From the NCBI GenBank assembly GCA_965113315.1, contig OZ220373.1: DNA of 64,000 nt. One strand, written 5' to 3'. The notes below the pieces were generated by a model that was not told the DNA's origin, did not search any database, and saw nothing but the letters and a program-made list of their open reading frames with translations. Within the stretch, counting starts at the first letter, position 1. Each line of letters opens with the position of its first letter. This DNA comes from Podarcis vaucheri. Lineage: Eukaryota. This document shows positions 63,333 through 64,000 of the stretch, piece by piece. The position numbers were made by a program, and so were the translations under genes.

Positions 63333-64000
63333 CAGCAGACAACCATTCATTGTAAAGAAGGAACCTTCCCCATGCCTTGAGCAACTGCCTTACAGTCAGA
63401 TTTGTTATACATGTGCCAAATTGGGGGTTTCTTTGCTCTTTCGTTGTGTGGCTGTTCTTGCAACCCAGCATTTGTTCCCCAGTGGGTGTTTCCTGCTTTG
63501 CTGATGGCAATGAATATGTGAGTTTGAATTGCAAATGAACTCAGGCATTTCGCTTGGAGCAAAATGGAATCTTACCTGATCAAACAGTTAGAAAGCCAAA
63601 TGTTATATAAAGCTGCTCATTAATGATCTGATTCAAATTTTCCAGGCTGCACAACAACTGTTAGGTACAATTGATTCGCAATGGAGAAGTGTCTGGGGAA
63701 ACCCTAGACTCCCATTGTGCCCCTGCTGTTTTTATTTTTTATTTCTTTTACACCCGCAGCATTAGCATTACATTGAGCTTGTCCATCTCTCTGCTACTTC
63801 TTCTAGGCTCTATTTGTCTTCCTTCCCCCCAATTGTCATTTAATTGGATTTGCTGTGGTGACCCCTCTGACCTTGGCCAATGGTCAGGGATGATGGGAGT
63901 TGTAGTCCAACAACATCTGGAGATAATTTTCTTGGCTATCTCTGCCTTCATCAGTGCAATGTTTCAATTAACCAAAAACAATAAGGCTAATCCAGATATA

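Noticed and set aside
37100-64000. A downstream protein-coding gene such as an actin-like ACTBL2
   Set aside because: No actin-like or other recognisable peptide in any listed frame; small exons of an unknown gene or lncRNA cannot be excluded.

Overview
Vertebrate genomic DNA, most likely from a lacertid lizard (inferred from Sauria/Squam1 SINEs, Squam3-type SINEs with (CTT)n tails, BovB, CR1 and L2). Two CpG-island promoters face away from each other about 12 kb apart. The first is on the minus strand and carries a 9-nt first coding exon (M-A-E, 953-961), most likely MIER3; the rest of that gene lies outside the window. The second drives a complete plus-strand GPBP1 (vasculin) gene: 10 coding exons between 23822 and 36264, a 1401-nt CDS encoding 466 aa, with all introns GT-AG and phase-compatible. 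GPBP1 is preceded by a predicted ~1.2-kb 5' leader rich in upstream AUGs. I recognise no gene from 37 to 64 kb; this part is a mosaic of SINEs, LINE fragments, Tc1/mariner- and hAT-type MITEs and repeat-free, possibly conserved non-coding blocks. Almost all long ORFs in the supplied track are artefacts of GC-rich or repeat sequence. I found no convincing new multi-gene system. The best leads are regulatory or structural: uORF control of GPBP1 including a candidate uORF cassette exon, a MITE family with variable palindromic cores, and inverted MITE pairs inside the GPBP1 pre-mRNA.
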